Shown: piece by piece, positions 8,155-18,391 of the stretch
Numbering within the stretch: the stretch's first letter is position 1
Layout: each line of letters begins with the position of its first letter
Source of the DNA: Patescibacteria group bacterium
GTDB lineage: Bacteria > Patescibacteriota > Minisyncoccia > Ryanbacterales > GWA2-47-10b
Direction: 5' to 3'
DNA: 64,000 nucleotides
Assembly (NCBI GenBank): GCA_038065475.1
Contig: JBBTQY010000001.1
Span: 26,145 to 90,144 of the forward strand
Notes under the pieces: model-generated
Told to the model about the DNA's origin: nothing
Databases searched by the model: none
What the model saw: the letters and a program-made list of their open reading frames with translations, nothing else
Made by a program: the position numbers and the translations under genes

Positions 8155-10083
8155 TTAGTGCGCGTGCCCACCGCCACCCTGCATCATCGAGCCCCCTTCG
8201 GGTCCTTGAGTGACTGAAATATCAAAGGTGGTTGTATATACGTCACCCCCGCGCGAAAACTGCGCAAATGCCCTATAGAGGCCTGGGTACGGAAATGCAG
8301 CATGAACGTCAATGAGAGGGCCAAATACGGCGTCTGGGGGCACCTCATGGCCGTAGCCGGGTACCTCACCATGCGTATGGATAAAATAACCAAGATCATA
8401 ACTCCAGATAGCCAAATGCATGGGCGCCCCAAGATACGCGACCATGTCATTTACTGGAGTGCCATCGTCGTTAGTCATTGTGTATTCAAGATGTGCTGAT
8501 ACGCCTGATTGAATTTGCCCCGGATCAGTTTTGAGGTTTACCGTAAGGTCATCAAATTTTTCTTCGCGCATCAGGTTTTTTGTGATTGCAACCGGCTCCG
8601 GTTTGCCACCTGGCACTGTCACAATATTCTGCACCGTGCCTGCGTGCCCCTGGTGCAAAAATCCACTCGCCAGCGAATAGGTACCCGCCTTAGGAAATGT
8701 GACGTAGATAGGATATTCTCCCTTGGCACGCATCTCGTCAGTGATCTGACCGTAATCATCAGGATGCACATGCATAAATGTCTCAAGGTCTTCAGAGACA
8801 ATGATGACGTGCACCAAACGCTCATGCTCGATCTTGAGATCTTGCAATGGTGCGCCGTTCTCATCTTTGAGCGCGATAGTTATTCGGGTCAACTCGCCAG
8901 GCCTTGGCATCAGTGGATCAGTAGTAACCACACCTTGAAACGCTGGCGCAGTTTCCATATGAGTCGCATGAAATTGGAAATTATGAGGCAATACCCAGCC
9001 AAACAGCGTATAGAGACCAATGCCGAGCCAAATTACAAAACCCAAATAGGTGCGTGACGCGGCAACTTTCTGAGCACGCTCCGCCTCAAGAGCCTCGTGC
9101 GCTTCTTTGCGCTTTTTCCACCAAATCCAGACAAACGGTATGAGCCATATGGTGACCATAACGTAGCTGCCCAGCCATAAATTGTCTCCCAGAGGTAACT
9201 CGTGCGCATGACCCAATTGGCCAATATTTGACCCTAGCAAGCCCGTAATCGCCTCTTCTTGCGTCACGCTCTCCAGATATGTGTGGATGCCTGAATATAC
9301 ATACCAGTCATGAGTAAAGGTACCGAGGGTAAACAAAAATCCTGCGACAAAGACCATTGCCCATCCGGTCGTCTTCTCAACCTTGGTGCGGTGTTTTACC
9401 AAAAAGCCAGTAGCGTTGACCCCCAAGATTGCGTAAAACGTCAAAATAAAGAGCGGAGTGACGCGCCCGAGTGCTTGCACTACCATGATAAGCCAGCCCT
9501 GAAACGCGCTGCCGCTGACCAAAATCTGCGGGATGATCACGCCATTGAACAACGGATTGGGGCACCCAACACCCACATTGCCCAAAAAGAGACCGAGCAA
9601 AAATGCTTTGACATATTCCTGCTGCTTTTGGATAAAATCAGGAAACGCGCCACCGTAGGTAGGCATCTTGATACCTTTAAGACCTATATCATGAAATGCA
9701 AAAAGGAGCCCCATGGCACCTGCAAACATATACATCCAATTTTTTGCAGTCTCAGCGCTACCCAAAAAGGTTTGGCCGATAGCGCCCAAAAGCGCCCCGT
9801 AAAAACTGAGAGTAATCGTCACACCAGCGGCAAATGCAGCTGCAATACCAATGCCACGAATATATCCCTTGCCCATGGCGAGCGGCACTACCACGAATGC
9901 AAGCGGCAGCGTGCAGGGCAAAAAGATCATAGTGAGACCTACCGCATAGTCATATATATAGAAAAAGGCGCTGTCAGTAGTGGGTGCGGCAAAAAATACC
10001 CACCGGAGGCCGATGGCAAAAACTGCAGTCAGGATAACGGTAAGGACAAGAAGCGGAAGGCGCGTCTTTTGGCTTTCTTCCAT
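8155..10083 (-). CDS. CcdA/DsbD-like thiol-disulfide transporter fused to a duplicated His-rich periplasmic domain
   Basis: The N-terminal ~370 aa is polytopic and carries the two conserved Cys of the CcdA/DsbD family (FLPCTLPL in TM1, GVGCPNPLF). The C-terminal ~270 aa contains two related ~110-aa repeats with H-x-H motifs (FMHVHPDD, FIHTHGEVPGYGHE) and ends in GGGGHAH. Confidence 0.65.
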   Translation of the reverse strand: MEESQKTRLPLLVLTVILTAVFAIGLRWVFFAAPTTDSAFFYIYDYAVGLTMIFLPCTLPLAFVVVPLAMGKGYIRGIGIAAAFAAGVTITLSFYGALLGAIGQTFLGSAETAKNWMYMFAGAMGLLFAFHDIGLKGIKMPTYGGAFPDFIQKQQEYVKAFLLGLFLGNVGVGCPNPLFNGVIIPQILVSGSAFQGWLIMVVQALGRVTPLFILTFYAILGVNATGFLVKHRTKVEKTTGWAMVFVAGFLFTLGTFTHDWYVYSGIHTYLESVTQEEAITGLLGSNIGQLGHAHELPLGDNLWLGSYVMVTIWLIPFVWIWWKKRKEAHEALEAERAQKVAASRTYLGFVIWLGIGLYTLFGWVLPHNFQFHATHMETAPAFQGVVTTDPLMPRPGELTRITIALKDENGAPLQDLKIEHERLVHVIIVSEDLETFMHVHPDDYGQITDEMRAKGEYPIYVTFPKAGTYSLASGFLHQGHAGTVQNIVTVPGGKPEPVAITKNLMREEKFDDLTVNLKTDPGQIQSGVSAHLEYTMTNDDGTPVNDMVAYLGAPMHLAIWSYDLGYFIHTHGEVPGYGHEVPPDAVFGPLIDVHAAFPYPGLYRAFAQFSRGGDVYTTTFDISVTQGPEGGSMMQGGGGHAH

Positions 10084-10131
10084 GCGATTAGTATAGCAAG
10101 CCGCAAAGCAAAACCGCTTGTTGATAAAAAG

Positions 10132-10749
10132 TCACTTAGGCTTCGATTTATTGATAGCGTGGTCGTTCTTCACAATTATGTCTGCAAGAGGTAACTGTTT
10201 CTCTCGAAATGGCACATCCGGCCGATAGATGCCTATGTAGTAATCAGCCGCATATCTTGGCATTTCTTGTCGTTGGAATTTCTCTGTGAGACTCTCTGCC
10301 GTCCAGTCTATCTCTTCGCTAAAATAAACACTTTGAGGCTTGCTGCCAGGTTTTGTGTGTGCCTCACCAAGCTTGCGACGCTCAACATCTAAACCGGTAT
10401 ATGCATTTATAGAACCCCCTACAGGCACTCCTCTTTTCGCCAACTCTTCTACGAGGGTGCGCCTAAAAAACGATTTACCGACGTTGACGGAGCTACCGTT
10501 AATAACGACGATAATATCCTCTTTTGCCTTCTCATATACGCTACTCAGTGCATCTGCCGCCTCGTGTACGCCCGCCTCAAAGTCATATTCTCGGACTTCC
10601 TCTATCTTACTCACCACTCCACGAAAATCTCTCTCATAGCCAACATTCACCAACTCCTCCATGGGAATATCTTTGATATTCTTGTGTGCTGCGATCAACT
10701 CCTGAAGTCTTTGTGATTGCTCATCGAGAGCTGGCATTTGCTCGGGCAT
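10132..10749 (-). CDS. hypothetical protein (weak P-loop-like GSSVNVGKS segment)
   Basis: 205 aa. VVINGSSVNVGKSFF resembles a degenerate Walker A motif but is not canonical. Family unknown. Confidence 0.4.
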   Translation of the reverse strand: MPEQMPALDEQSQRLQELIAAHKNIKDIPMEELVNVGYERDFRGVVSKIEEVREYDFEAGVHEAADALSSVYEKAKEDIIVVINGSSVNVGKSFFRRTLVEELAKRGVPVGGSINAYTGLDVERRKLGEAHTKPGSKPQSVYFSEEIDWTAESLTEKFQRQEMPRYAADYYIGIYRPDVPFREKQLPLADIIVKNDHAINKSKPK

Positions 10750-10904
10750 GTTTTGATTATCGCCTAAAATCAGCGCAAATCAACATCAAACCTATCTAGG
10801 CTCGAGCTGGTTTAATTAGATTGCCCAAGGCGTCAGCGCGCAGCACGTGACAAACTCTACGCGCTTGATAAACCTTTTGAGAGATACTTGAGGGCTGATT
10901 AACA

Positions 10905-10960
10905 ATATAAAAAACTCCCCCGACAGTACTTTGCGCTTCGCGCATTTCCTGTCGGGGGTG
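10905..10960 (-). terminator. rho-independent terminator after the SPFH-like gene
   Basis: ctcccccgacag…ctgtcgggggtg inverted repeat (11 of 12 bp) with a nested gcgcttcgcgc hairpin, followed on the minus strand by TTTTTTATATT. Confidence 0.5.
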
Positions 10961-10984
10961 ATACTGTCGCCTGCTTGGCGAAGA

Positions 10985-11917
10985 CTACTGCTTCTCGGGC
11001 TGCTGATCCTGCTGCGGGACCGGCTTGATCTGCCCACGAAGGTACTCTGCTGCTACCAGCGAGTCTCCCAGGGGGCTCGCCTCACCCGTGATGATGAGCG
11101 TATTGGTGCCCGACTTGGAGCCCGTCTCGGCGATGCGTTCGAGCGACTCCCACTTCATGAAGGTCACGTACTCGGGGTTGGCACGGAGCGCGGCACCGAT
11201 GGCGTTGATGGCCGTCACCTTGGCGGCGGCTGACGCACTTTGGTTTTGCGCTCCCCATACCGTCTCGTCGGGCTTCACATTCGATAGCGAGACGTTCTGG
11301 AGGTCGAGCGGAACACCGTTGGCAGCAAAGGTATCCTTGACCATCTTGGCAATCTTGTCGTTGACCGCCTGATAGTCGGAGTACACGGCCTGGTAATCGT
11401 CGTAGCCCGCGAAGATGGCGCGCACCTTGCTGCGCACATCCATGCGAGCGAAACGATTGTAGACGTCTTCGACCGTGATGTAGCGGACGAGGACATCATT
11501 CTTGCCATCGCGCGGCGTGACGAGCGCGAAGACGTTGTTGCGCTGCTTGTTCGCATCGGTATTGCCACCCGGAATCACCGCCCTGATGTAGACGTCGACG
11601 GCGAGTGGCGTACCCTTGCGAGTCAGCACGCGGTGATCCTGCTTGTCTTCGTTGCCCACGGCATCAGGAGCCATGAACTGCTCTTTGACCAGCGTCGAGG
11701 TCGCCTCGAGTAGCACCAGCGTGTTGTAGGTGCCGTTGGCATTCGACTGCCCAAGGTCAACCTGACCCGCTTCGCGGATGTCATCCTCCCAACCAGTGGG
11801 CGTGAGTATGCGACCCACGAATCCTGCTGGGATCTCCTTGACATTGCTGCACGCGCTACCGAACAGCGCCAGCGCGATGACAATGCCAAACACAAGCCTC
11901 TTGATATCTCTCTGCAT
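10985..11917 (-). CDS. SPFH/band-7 (HflK/C-like) domain lipoprotein
   Basis: Signal peptide with a Cys near the cleavage site (LFGSAC). The C-terminal …AIGAALRANPEYVTFMKWESLERIAETGSKSGTNTLII… resembles the HflC/stomatin C-terminus. GC-rich gene with a strong SD (gaGGAGGGcatcATG). Confidence 0.5.
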   Translation of the reverse strand: MQRDIKRLVFGIVIALALFGSACSNVKEIPAGFVGRILTPTGWEDDIREAGQVDLGQSNANGTYNTLVLLEATSTLVKEQFMAPDAVGNEDKQDHRVLTRKGTPLAVDVYIRAVIPGGNTDANKQRNNVFALVTPRDGKNDVLVRYITVEDVYNRFARMDVRSKVRAIFAGYDDYQAVYSDYQAVNDKIAKMVKDTFAANGVPLDLQNVSLSNVKPDETVWGAQNQSASAAAKVTAINAIGAALRANPEYVTFMKWESLERIAETGSKSGTNTLIITGEASPLGDSLVAAEYLRGQIKPVPQQDQQPEKQ

Positions 11918-11930
11918 GATGCCCTCCTCT

Positions 11931-12233
11931 TCAGTGAGCGTTGGAGTGGGCGTCGCCGGCCCGATCTTCGAAGCGATCGATCTGCCGATTGACGTCGGTA
12001 CGGTCGATGACCGCGCGTGGCGTCACGTTGACGCTCGCGGCTGCGAAGAGCTGCCAGATGAAGGCGGCCATGAGGATCAGGCCAAGAATGTTGCGCCCTC
12101 TGCGGATGAACACCTTGACGTCATCCTCGACCTCGGGCTGGGTCAAGAAGACCCACGCGACGCCAAACACGAAGGCGAGCGCTCCGAGCGTGCCTAGCAC
12201 ACCTGGATGTGCCCATCTCAAGAAATCTTCCAC
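11931..12233 (-). CDS. small two-TM membrane protein, co-operonic with the SPFH-like gene (NfeD-like partner?)
   Basis: 100 aa, GTG start preceded by AAGGGAG. 13-nt gap to the SPFH-like gene. GC-rich. Confidence 0.4.
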   Translation of the reverse strand: MEDFLRWAHPGVLGTLGALAFVFGVAWVFLTQPEVEDDVKVFIRRGRNILGLILMAAFIWQLFAAASVNVTPRAVIDRTDVNRQIDRFEDRAGDAHSNAH

Positions 12234-12454
12234 GACTTCTCCCTTCTGCCCATGCCTGCCGTTTGGTCAGGACTTATTGAGCATCCTCTGTTTATTGGAG
12301 CAGAAAGTGAACGAACAACCGAAAAAATAATACACTATTTTAAACTATATGTCAATCATCGCCGAGCGCGGGTTCTGAAAAATATTTCTAAGGATTGAGT
12401 CCGAAGTCAGCACAGCTGGTCCAGAATGGCTGTGGCTCTGCGTCAGCGCATATA

Positions 12455-12637
12455 CTACGACGACCGCAGCATGTCAAAACTGGGCAGTTCAATACCATAC
12501 CAACGAGCAACAAAAAATAGCAAACATACAGCGGCAATAAAGCAAACCAATACGATCAAAAATAGACCGCGCGGCTTGCCGCGTGCTGGTGGTTTTTCTT
12601 CTTCTAAATCATCAAGATTCCAAATTTCTTCTGGCAT
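12455..12637 (-). CDS. hypothetical small membrane protein
   Basis: 60 aa with one TM helix. Last gene downstream of GH6 on the same strand. Confidence 0.3.
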   Translation of the reverse strand: MPEEIWNLDDLEEEKPPARGKPRGLFLIVLVCFIAAVCLLFFVARWYGIELPSFDMLRSS

Positions 12638-12652
12638 ATAATAAATATATAA

Positions 12653-13885
12653 CTATTCAAAACGAAATGGCGAGTTTTTAATCATTTCGAGAGCTCTTTC
12701 CGTCCAAAATTTGCCCGTGGGTACCCCGCCGTTACATGGTCCATCGGATTCTCCTGGTAGTTTAACCCATAAAAGCGCATCTACAAGCACATTACCTGTC
12801 GTAGTAGTCGGCACCTTGCCTATAGTTACTCCAGGGGCATTACACCACTCTGTTTTATGCGGACCAGAACCATTGCGGCTCGTATCGATCACAAAGTGTT
12901 TATTACCAATAAGCGTGGAGACCTCTTGCCCAAAGGCAATCTCATCTGAAACGTACTGATAGTTAGAGACATTAAGAGCAAAGCCATCAGCCGAATCAAT
13001 GCCCGCTGTTTTAAGAAAATTAGCGATACTGCTCGCCTTGCGCCAATTGCTATGACCGGCATCAAGATATATTCGCGCTTTTGGCGCCTTGGCTCTCAGA
13101 GTCAAAATGGCTTTTTTGAGGTCCGCCAGACGGACAGCTTGGTCAGAATCACTCAAATTCGCAACAAGACCTATACTATCGGGCTCAAGGATGATCCAAG
13201 CATCATGATCTCCTATAGACTCAGCGACAGCGGTAACCCACTGAGCATAACTATCTCCCGCCGTTATGCCGCTCCAGTAACGTAGCGTTGTATGGTCAGG
13301 AATATTGTAAAGTACCAAAATAGGCATTTTACCTGCAGCTGTAGCCTTAGAAACAGTAGAAATTACGCGAGAACGAATAGTATCGAGGTTGTCGCCAATG
13401 ATCCATGTACCCTGAGGTCTACAAGAAATTTGCTGCAATAAATCAGCATCTGCTATATTGCCAGCGTTTCGTAATTCTTTCTCAACGCGAACTGCTTGCA
13501 TGGTGGGATCAACATAAAAATTTGTTGAATTTTTCGCGTATTCGCAGCTAAAAACCTTTTGTGGATTTGGTGGCGGGGGTGGGTTAACAACGACTACTGG
13601 AGGAGGAGTAGGGTTTACCGGTGGTGGAGGTGGGGAGATTGGTTTTGGCGGAGGCACAGGCAATACTGGTGGAGGAGGATTAACCACTTGAATGGGCGGC
13701 GGTACATTAGGTTGAGGAATTGTTGGTGGATTGGGAGAAATAACGACTGGAGGAATTTCTTCTTCTCTCTCCCAAGTTTGAGTCGTTTGTGTATACGTAG
13801 ATGCAAAAAGTACGAAAATAAAACCCGCAGCGATAAACACCACAGCAAGATACTGAATAAGCCCGCTTGTATTATCTCTTCCCAT
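12653..13885 (-). CDS. glycoside hydrolase family 6 (endoglucanase/cellobiohydrolase-like), membrane anchored with proline-rich linker
   Basis: N-terminal TM and a Pro-rich PPxP linker. Catalytic domain has the GH6 signatures AWIILEPDSIGL (cf. VIEPDSL) and DALLWVKLPGESDG (cf. WVKPGGESDG). Confidence 0.75.
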   Translation of the reverse strand: MGRDNTSGLIQYLAVVFIAAGFIFVLFASTYTQTTQTWEREEEIPPVVISPNPPTIPQPNVPPPIQVVNPPPPVLPVPPPKPISPPPPPVNPTPPPVVVVNPPPPPNPQKVFSCEYAKNSTNFYVDPTMQAVRVEKELRNAGNIADADLLQQISCRPQGTWIIGDNLDTIRSRVISTVSKATAAGKMPILVLYNIPDHTTLRYWSGITAGDSYAQWVTAVAESIGDHDAWIILEPDSIGLVANLSDSDQAVRLADLKKAILTLRAKAPKARIYLDAGHSNWRKASSIANFLKTAGIDSADGFALNVSNYQYVSDEIAFGQEVSTLIGNKHFVIDTSRNGSGPHKTEWCNAPGVTIGKVPTTTTGNVLVDALLWVKLPGESDGPCNGGVPTGKFWTERALEMIKNSPFRFE

Positions 13886-13890
13886 TATTC

Positions 13891-14619
13891 TTAGAATTTC
13901 CAGGCCTCCGAACGTTTTAAGGGAAAGGTGCGCCGATCACTATTGATAACGGTTTCAGCACGCTGAATGTCTTCCGGTGTTGATAGTGGATGCCAAAAAC
14001 TCGACGGCACCGCCATAATCTTTTTAGTTGCAAGCATTTGCCCAACAGCATGGGAAAGAAAATACTCACCAGTAGCGCTATGTACCTCGGGTGCGTAGTC
14101 AAAAACAGAATAATCGAGCAGCAAAACTCCCGTACTCACCATATTTGTTTTTGGATACAACGGTTTTTCTTCAATATCTCTAATATGGCCTGCGCGATCA
14201 ACTTCAACTACACCGTATGGGCGAGGATCATCGACCTCAGCAACTAAAAGAGCTCTATCATATTTTAAACACTCTTTAAATCCATCTGCTCCATGCAAAT
14301 CGTCGGCGAAGACAACAAAAAAGCGCTCGCCAGGCGACAAAAGATGCTTGGTCTTTTCTAGGGCTTTATATGTACCCTTGATCTCATCATCGCCCACATA
14401 GGTGACACGACGCCCCAAAAAATAATCTCCACAATATTCACGAATCATATCGCCGAGATATCCGACAACGATAACCAACTCATCCACCTGGCGTGGGAGC
14501 TGAGAAACCACATGCTCAATAAGGGCCCTTTTATTTACTTCGACAAGCGGCTTGGGCCTTTCAAGAGTTAAGGGGCGCATACGCGTCCCCTTGCCTGCCG
14601 CCAGAATAATTGCTTTCAT
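13891..14619 (-). CDS. sugar-phosphate nucleotidyltransferase (RmlA/GalU-like)
   Basis: MKAIILAAGKGTRMRPLTLERPKPLV is the canonical NTP-transferase N-terminus. Short (242-aa) form. Confidence 0.8.
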   Translation of the reverse strand: MKAIILAAGKGTRMRPLTLERPKPLVEVNKRALIEHVVSQLPRQVDELVIVVGYLGDMIREYCGDYFLGRRVTYVGDDEIKGTYKALEKTKHLLSPGERFFVVFADDLHGADGFKECLKYDRALLVAEVDDPRPYGVVEVDRAGHIRDIEEKPLYPKTNMVSTGVLLLDYSVFDYAPEVHSATGEYFLSHAVGQMLATKKIMAVPSSFWHPLSTPEDIQRAETVINSDRRTFPLKRSEAWKF

Positions 14620-14629
14620 GTTCGATCAA

Positions 14630-15505
14630 TCAAAACGGAATAGCCTTATAATCATCAAACGACACATCCATAAAATCCGTACGGATGCCCGCATACCCCT
14701 CTTTGACGATTGGGCTTACTCCGTACTTTGATCCTGTATCTTTTGCTTCCAATACTAGCGTCCAAGTGCCAGTTTTGCCTTTATCCATAAAAAGCTTTAT
14801 CGCGACACTGCCATCAGCATTATTTTGCGATTCACTGCGAAGGCCTATCCAAACATTTTTTGGCAATAAATTTGGATTTGTATCTCGATTATAGATGCCT
14901 GGAAATATTTTTTTATAGGCAATCGTGTGGTAAGTGCCATTTTGCTTCTTTTTGATAACCGCCGCTCCATCAACACGAGTACCTACGTAATACAGGTTAT
15001 TACCATCTTGATAGCGATTAAAAAGAAGAAGACCATTAGACGCGTCACGATTTGGGCTTTTACTCAGATTGTCTTTGTTGATCTTAAAATATGCTTCCTG
15101 CTTAAAATTGCCCCATTTGGAACGCGTTAACAAACGAAAAATGTTTTGCGGATGATACCCATTATCTGTATCGACAGGATTGGAGCTACTATAAATAAGA
15201 CGCCACTTATCAATAATGGATAAATTACCATCTATAGTTTTTCCAACTCCATCAACAATATGTAAGTAAGCACCGGAATTTAACCACCAATACGGACTAG
15301 AACTATAATCCATCTGCCCACTCTCCACTAATTTGCCGGGAACATTAAAAGTATAAACAAAATTAGAAGTAATAATCGCTGACGGTGTCTTTAACTCTGC
15401 AGCTGACAGTAAAGCTAAGCCCAATGTATTATCAAAATAATACTGACTAATGCCCGCAAGAATAAAAGATATTAACAATAACAAAATAAAAATTGGTCTT
15501 TTCAT
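14630..15505 (-). CDS. secreted hypothetical protein in the EPS operon
   Basis: Signal peptide. 291 aa, β-rich and Asn/Tyr-rich. 4-bp overlap with the deacetylase gene. AT-rich. Confidence 0.5.
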   Translation of the reverse strand: MKRPIFILLLLISFILAGISQYYFDNTLGLALLSAAELKTPSAIITSNFVYTFNVPGKLVESGQMDYSSSPYWWLNSGAYLHIVDGVGKTIDGNLSIIDKWRLIYSSSNPVDTDNGYHPQNIFRLLTRSKWGNFKQEAYFKINKDNLSKSPNRDASNGLLLFNRYQDGNNLYYVGTRVDGAAVIKKKQNGTYHTIAYKKIFPGIYNRDTNPNLLPKNVWIGLRSESQNNADGSVAIKLFMDKGKTGTWTLVLEAKDTGSKYGVSPIVKEGYAGIRTDFMDVSFDDYKAIPF

Positions 15506-17118
15506 AGTAATTTCTCAACAATTAATTGATTAACGATCACCTCGCTGTTGTTTTCAACAGGATCCCATACTTTAAACCCTATACCACCGCGATCTAAAGA
15601 GGAATCCAAGGAATCTACAGACAAAAGCTCTTCGCCATCAATAAAGCACTTTATGGTGTTCTTGTGAACGGACAACTCGAAGGTGGCATTATCCCAAGAA
15701 AAATTCTGATCTATGGAAGTTTCGGCGATCTTCTTTCTTTCTCCGTTTATAGATTCATCTATACGAATAAAACGTCCAGAGACATTACAAGAAGTAAAAT
15801 TTTTACTATCTTTATATCGCGCGACCAGAGATAGCGATTCTCCTCTCGTCCAATCAATTAATGCCTTCAAATGATAATTTTCCCAATTACGCGTACCGTC
15901 TAAAACAACAGCAGCACCCGTTGTTTTTTCTCCTGCGCGCAAAACTAGCGAAGAATTCTTTAATCCTATGTTTCCCCATTCCTTTATCCATTCCTCATTA
16001 AGAGAAAAATCATAAATATGTAAAGGTATTTCTTTAGACCGCCCCGCATTCAATACCCTTAATAAGTCTGCATCTGTCCATGCTCCTCCAACATCTATAC
16101 GCTTAACTAAAAAAGTATTGTCGTCAAAATAATTTTGAGTAAAACCAGCACTAGGATATGTTTGGAAAAATGCTAAATCATAATTATCTTTAACTGAATT
16201 GAGCAAAACCCTTTGGGCCTCGGGATAATTTGTTATATTTTGGGCAAAGTCACCATAAGGAAAAGCGAAAGAAACAGAAGCTATATCCAAAACTCTCTCA
16301 ATTTTTTCCTTAACTAAGCTTATATCATGCCCGATACGTTGCTCATATTCATCATCTGTCTCTAATCTTCCAAGCTCTTTCAACCAAAGTTTATTAGTAT
16401 AATAGTGTCCCTGTTCGCCGTTTATAGAGATTGATTGAAAAACATGGCCACTATCGGCATGTGCTTGAATCTCCCAACGTCCACTGCGCTTCATCGCCCG
16501 TAGTTCATTAGCATTTAGATAATAAGAACTTTTTCTATCACTATCAGTCAACGAATGGCCACTGATAATAAAAGTGACAGCATTATAATCCAATGCTCTC
16601 AAAATGGGATCGACTGGGTAGTAACTTGACTTCGCTCCATCATCAAACGTTAATAAAAATGATTTATTCGGTAGGGTCTTTTCACCCTTAACGAAGGAGT
16701 TAAAATCCTCGACACTTATAGTTTTCCAGCCAGCTTGTTTGAGCGCAAACATCTGAGCCTCAAAATTCGTTTTCGTAATATTTTCTCCATCAGGGATGTC
16801 TACAAGGCCGTGGTAAAGAAGCACGGGTACAGACTCCGCGGTACCCGTAACAACGACGTTTTCTACTGTTGATCTATTTGAGAATATTCTCGCTAGACTG
16901 CCGAGCATATCATTCTCCGCATAAGCCAATTTTGCAGCATAAAAGCCATAAGCTGCAGTTTCTTTGCTATCCAAAATCATTCCGTCGGTAAATTGGGATA
17001 AACTCTCCCTAATGAACAAGAAGGCATAACTGCCACAAAAAAGTAATATAGCAATTACGGTAACTCGCAAAACCTTTAATCTTGAAAAATCTAAATATTT
17101 CATTATCGAGTTCCCCAT
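15502..17118 (-). CDS. polysaccharide deacetylase (CE4/NodB-domain) with C-terminal β-rich domain, membrane anchored
   Basis: N-terminal TM. NodB-type motifs (LLTFDDGAKS, …HADSGH). A ~250-aa C-terminal extension gives a PgaB-like overall layout. Confidence 0.75.
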   Translation of the reverse strand: MGNSIMKYLDFSRLKVLRVTVIAILLFCGSYAFLFIRESLSQFTDGMILDSKETAAYGFYAAKLAYAENDMLGSLARIFSNRSTVENVVVTGTAESVPVLLYHGLVDIPDGENITKTNFEAQMFALKQAGWKTISVEDFNSFVKGEKTLPNKSFLLTFDDGAKSSYYPVDPILRALDYNAVTFIISGHSLTDSDRKSSYYLNANELRAMKRSGRWEIQAHADSGHVFQSISINGEQGHYYTNKLWLKELGRLETDDEYEQRIGHDISLVKEKIERVLDIASVSFAFPYGDFAQNITNYPEAQRVLLNSVKDNYDLAFFQTYPSAGFTQNYFDDNTFLVKRIDVGGAWTDADLLRVLNAGRSKEIPLHIYDFSLNEEWIKEWGNIGLKNSSLVLRAGEKTTGAAVVLDGTRNWENYHLKALIDWTRGESLSLVARYKDSKNFTSCNVSGRFIRIDESINGERKKIAETSIDQNFSWDNATFELSVHKNTIKCFIDGEELLSVDSLDSSLDRGGIGFKVWDPVENNSEVIVNQLIVEKLL

Positions 17119-18389
17119 CTAGAATCGCGAATAGTTATCATCGCCCAAGGCAGTTGCCACATAAGCATCACTGTATAAAACCAAAAAGTCATCACGGACA
17201 AAAACCAAGCACGCGGACCCACTTGAGTACGATAATAAATCCCGTGCAATAATAACATTAAGAATAAACCAGCCAAATAGGCGAGAGGAATGCTTCCTGT
17301 CAAATACGGATGCCAAATAACAGCCCTTATAAAAACAATGGGCGCACTAAGGGCAAGAATGACATAGGAATAATACGATAGAGCAGCAAAAAAATTTTTA
17401 CGCCACATAAACGCGCTGGCAATTAGCGTCTCTCTAATCCAAGATTTTTTCCATCTCTGCTGCTGTTTAATATATTTACCAAGCGTATCTGGCACAACTG
17501 TGTGCGCCTTTGCTTCTGGAGAATAAACAGCTTCATATTTTCGAATAATAAAATTTGTTAAACTTCTGTCATCACCGAATGTACACTCACTTCCTAAGAA
17601 CCTCTGATTTAGCCAAACGTCAATAAACTCGAGTAAATACTCTCTACGATATGCAGAACAACAGCCGGGACAGCAAGTTACATTACCAAAAACGGATTCA
17701 GCTGCCTTATAAACACTAAAAGCGATAAAATATCTTGTGGCCTGCATCTGTGTTAAAAGATTTGTATCTCTATTAAAAACATCTGTATGCCCAGAGACAG
17801 CTCCAACTCTCGGATTAGAAAAATATTTTACAAGATGCTTGACACAATCAGGGGCAATAAAACTATCCGAATCAATAAATATAACTATTTCATGGTTTGC
17901 CCTTCTTACCCCTTCTGCCATACCTGCTCTTTTACCGCGATTAACTTTCCAATTAACAACGGTAACTGGTATTTCTTGACCTATCTCCTTTTTAATTTTC
18001 AACATCTCAGCATAGGTACTATCTGTTGAGCCATCATTAATAGCAATAATTTCTATTTTTTCTTTAGGATAATCCGCATGCAAAAAGCGCCTAATCGTCT
18101 CAGCAACATTATCTTCTTCGTTTTTTGCTGGAACAACAAAAGTGATTGAAGGCTGATAGCCCTCATCATGCTTAATAGATCTATGGAAATATGCAAGAAA
18201 AAATCTTGAAATAATATAAATAAAAATTAAAATACTATAGAATTTAAAAAAGGTTACCCCCCCGACAAAGCTAGTCGTGCTAATTTTAAATAAAAGTATC
18301 AAATAGAGCACAACAAAAAAAAGAAACCAAAAACCAAAATCACTAAATACTGCGAGCCTTTTTTTAATTTTATTAAAAATTTTTGCCAT
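17103..18389 (-). CDS. processive family-2 glycosyltransferase (PgaC/HasA/cellulose-synthase-like synthase)
   Basis: Two N-terminal TMs, then a GT-A domain with DGSTD and DSDS motifs and QQQRWKKSW (QxxRW), then C-terminal TM helices. Confidence 0.8.
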   Translation of the reverse strand: MAKIFNKIKKRLAVFSDFGFWFLFFVVLYLILLFKISTTSFVGGVTFFKFYSILIFIYIISRFFLAYFHRSIKHDEGYQPSITFVVPAKNEEDNVAETIRRFLHADYPKEKIEIIAINDGSTDSTYAEMLKIKKEIGQEIPVTVVNWKVNRGKRAGMAEGVRRANHEIVIFIDSDSFIAPDCVKHLVKYFSNPRVGAVSGHTDVFNRDTNLLTQMQATRYFIAFSVYKAAESVFGNVTCCPGCCSAYRREYLLEFIDVWLNQRFLGSECTFGDDRSLTNFIIRKYEAVYSPEAKAHTVVPDTLGKYIKQQQRWKKSWIRETLIASAFMWRKNFFAALSYYSYVILALSAPIVFIRAVIWHPYLTGSIPLAYLAGLFLMLLLHGIYYRTQVGPRAWFLSVMTFWFYTVMLMWQLPWAMITIRDSRWGTR

Positions 18390-18391
18390 AC

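Noticed and set aside
11025-12330. Multiple overlapping plus-strand ORFs (11025..11372, 11778..12197, 11941..12330) opposite the SPFH gene pair
   Set aside because: They are GC-rich antisense frames with low-complexity Ala/Ser/Arg content. The minus-strand genes have SDs, a lipoprotein signal and a terminator.
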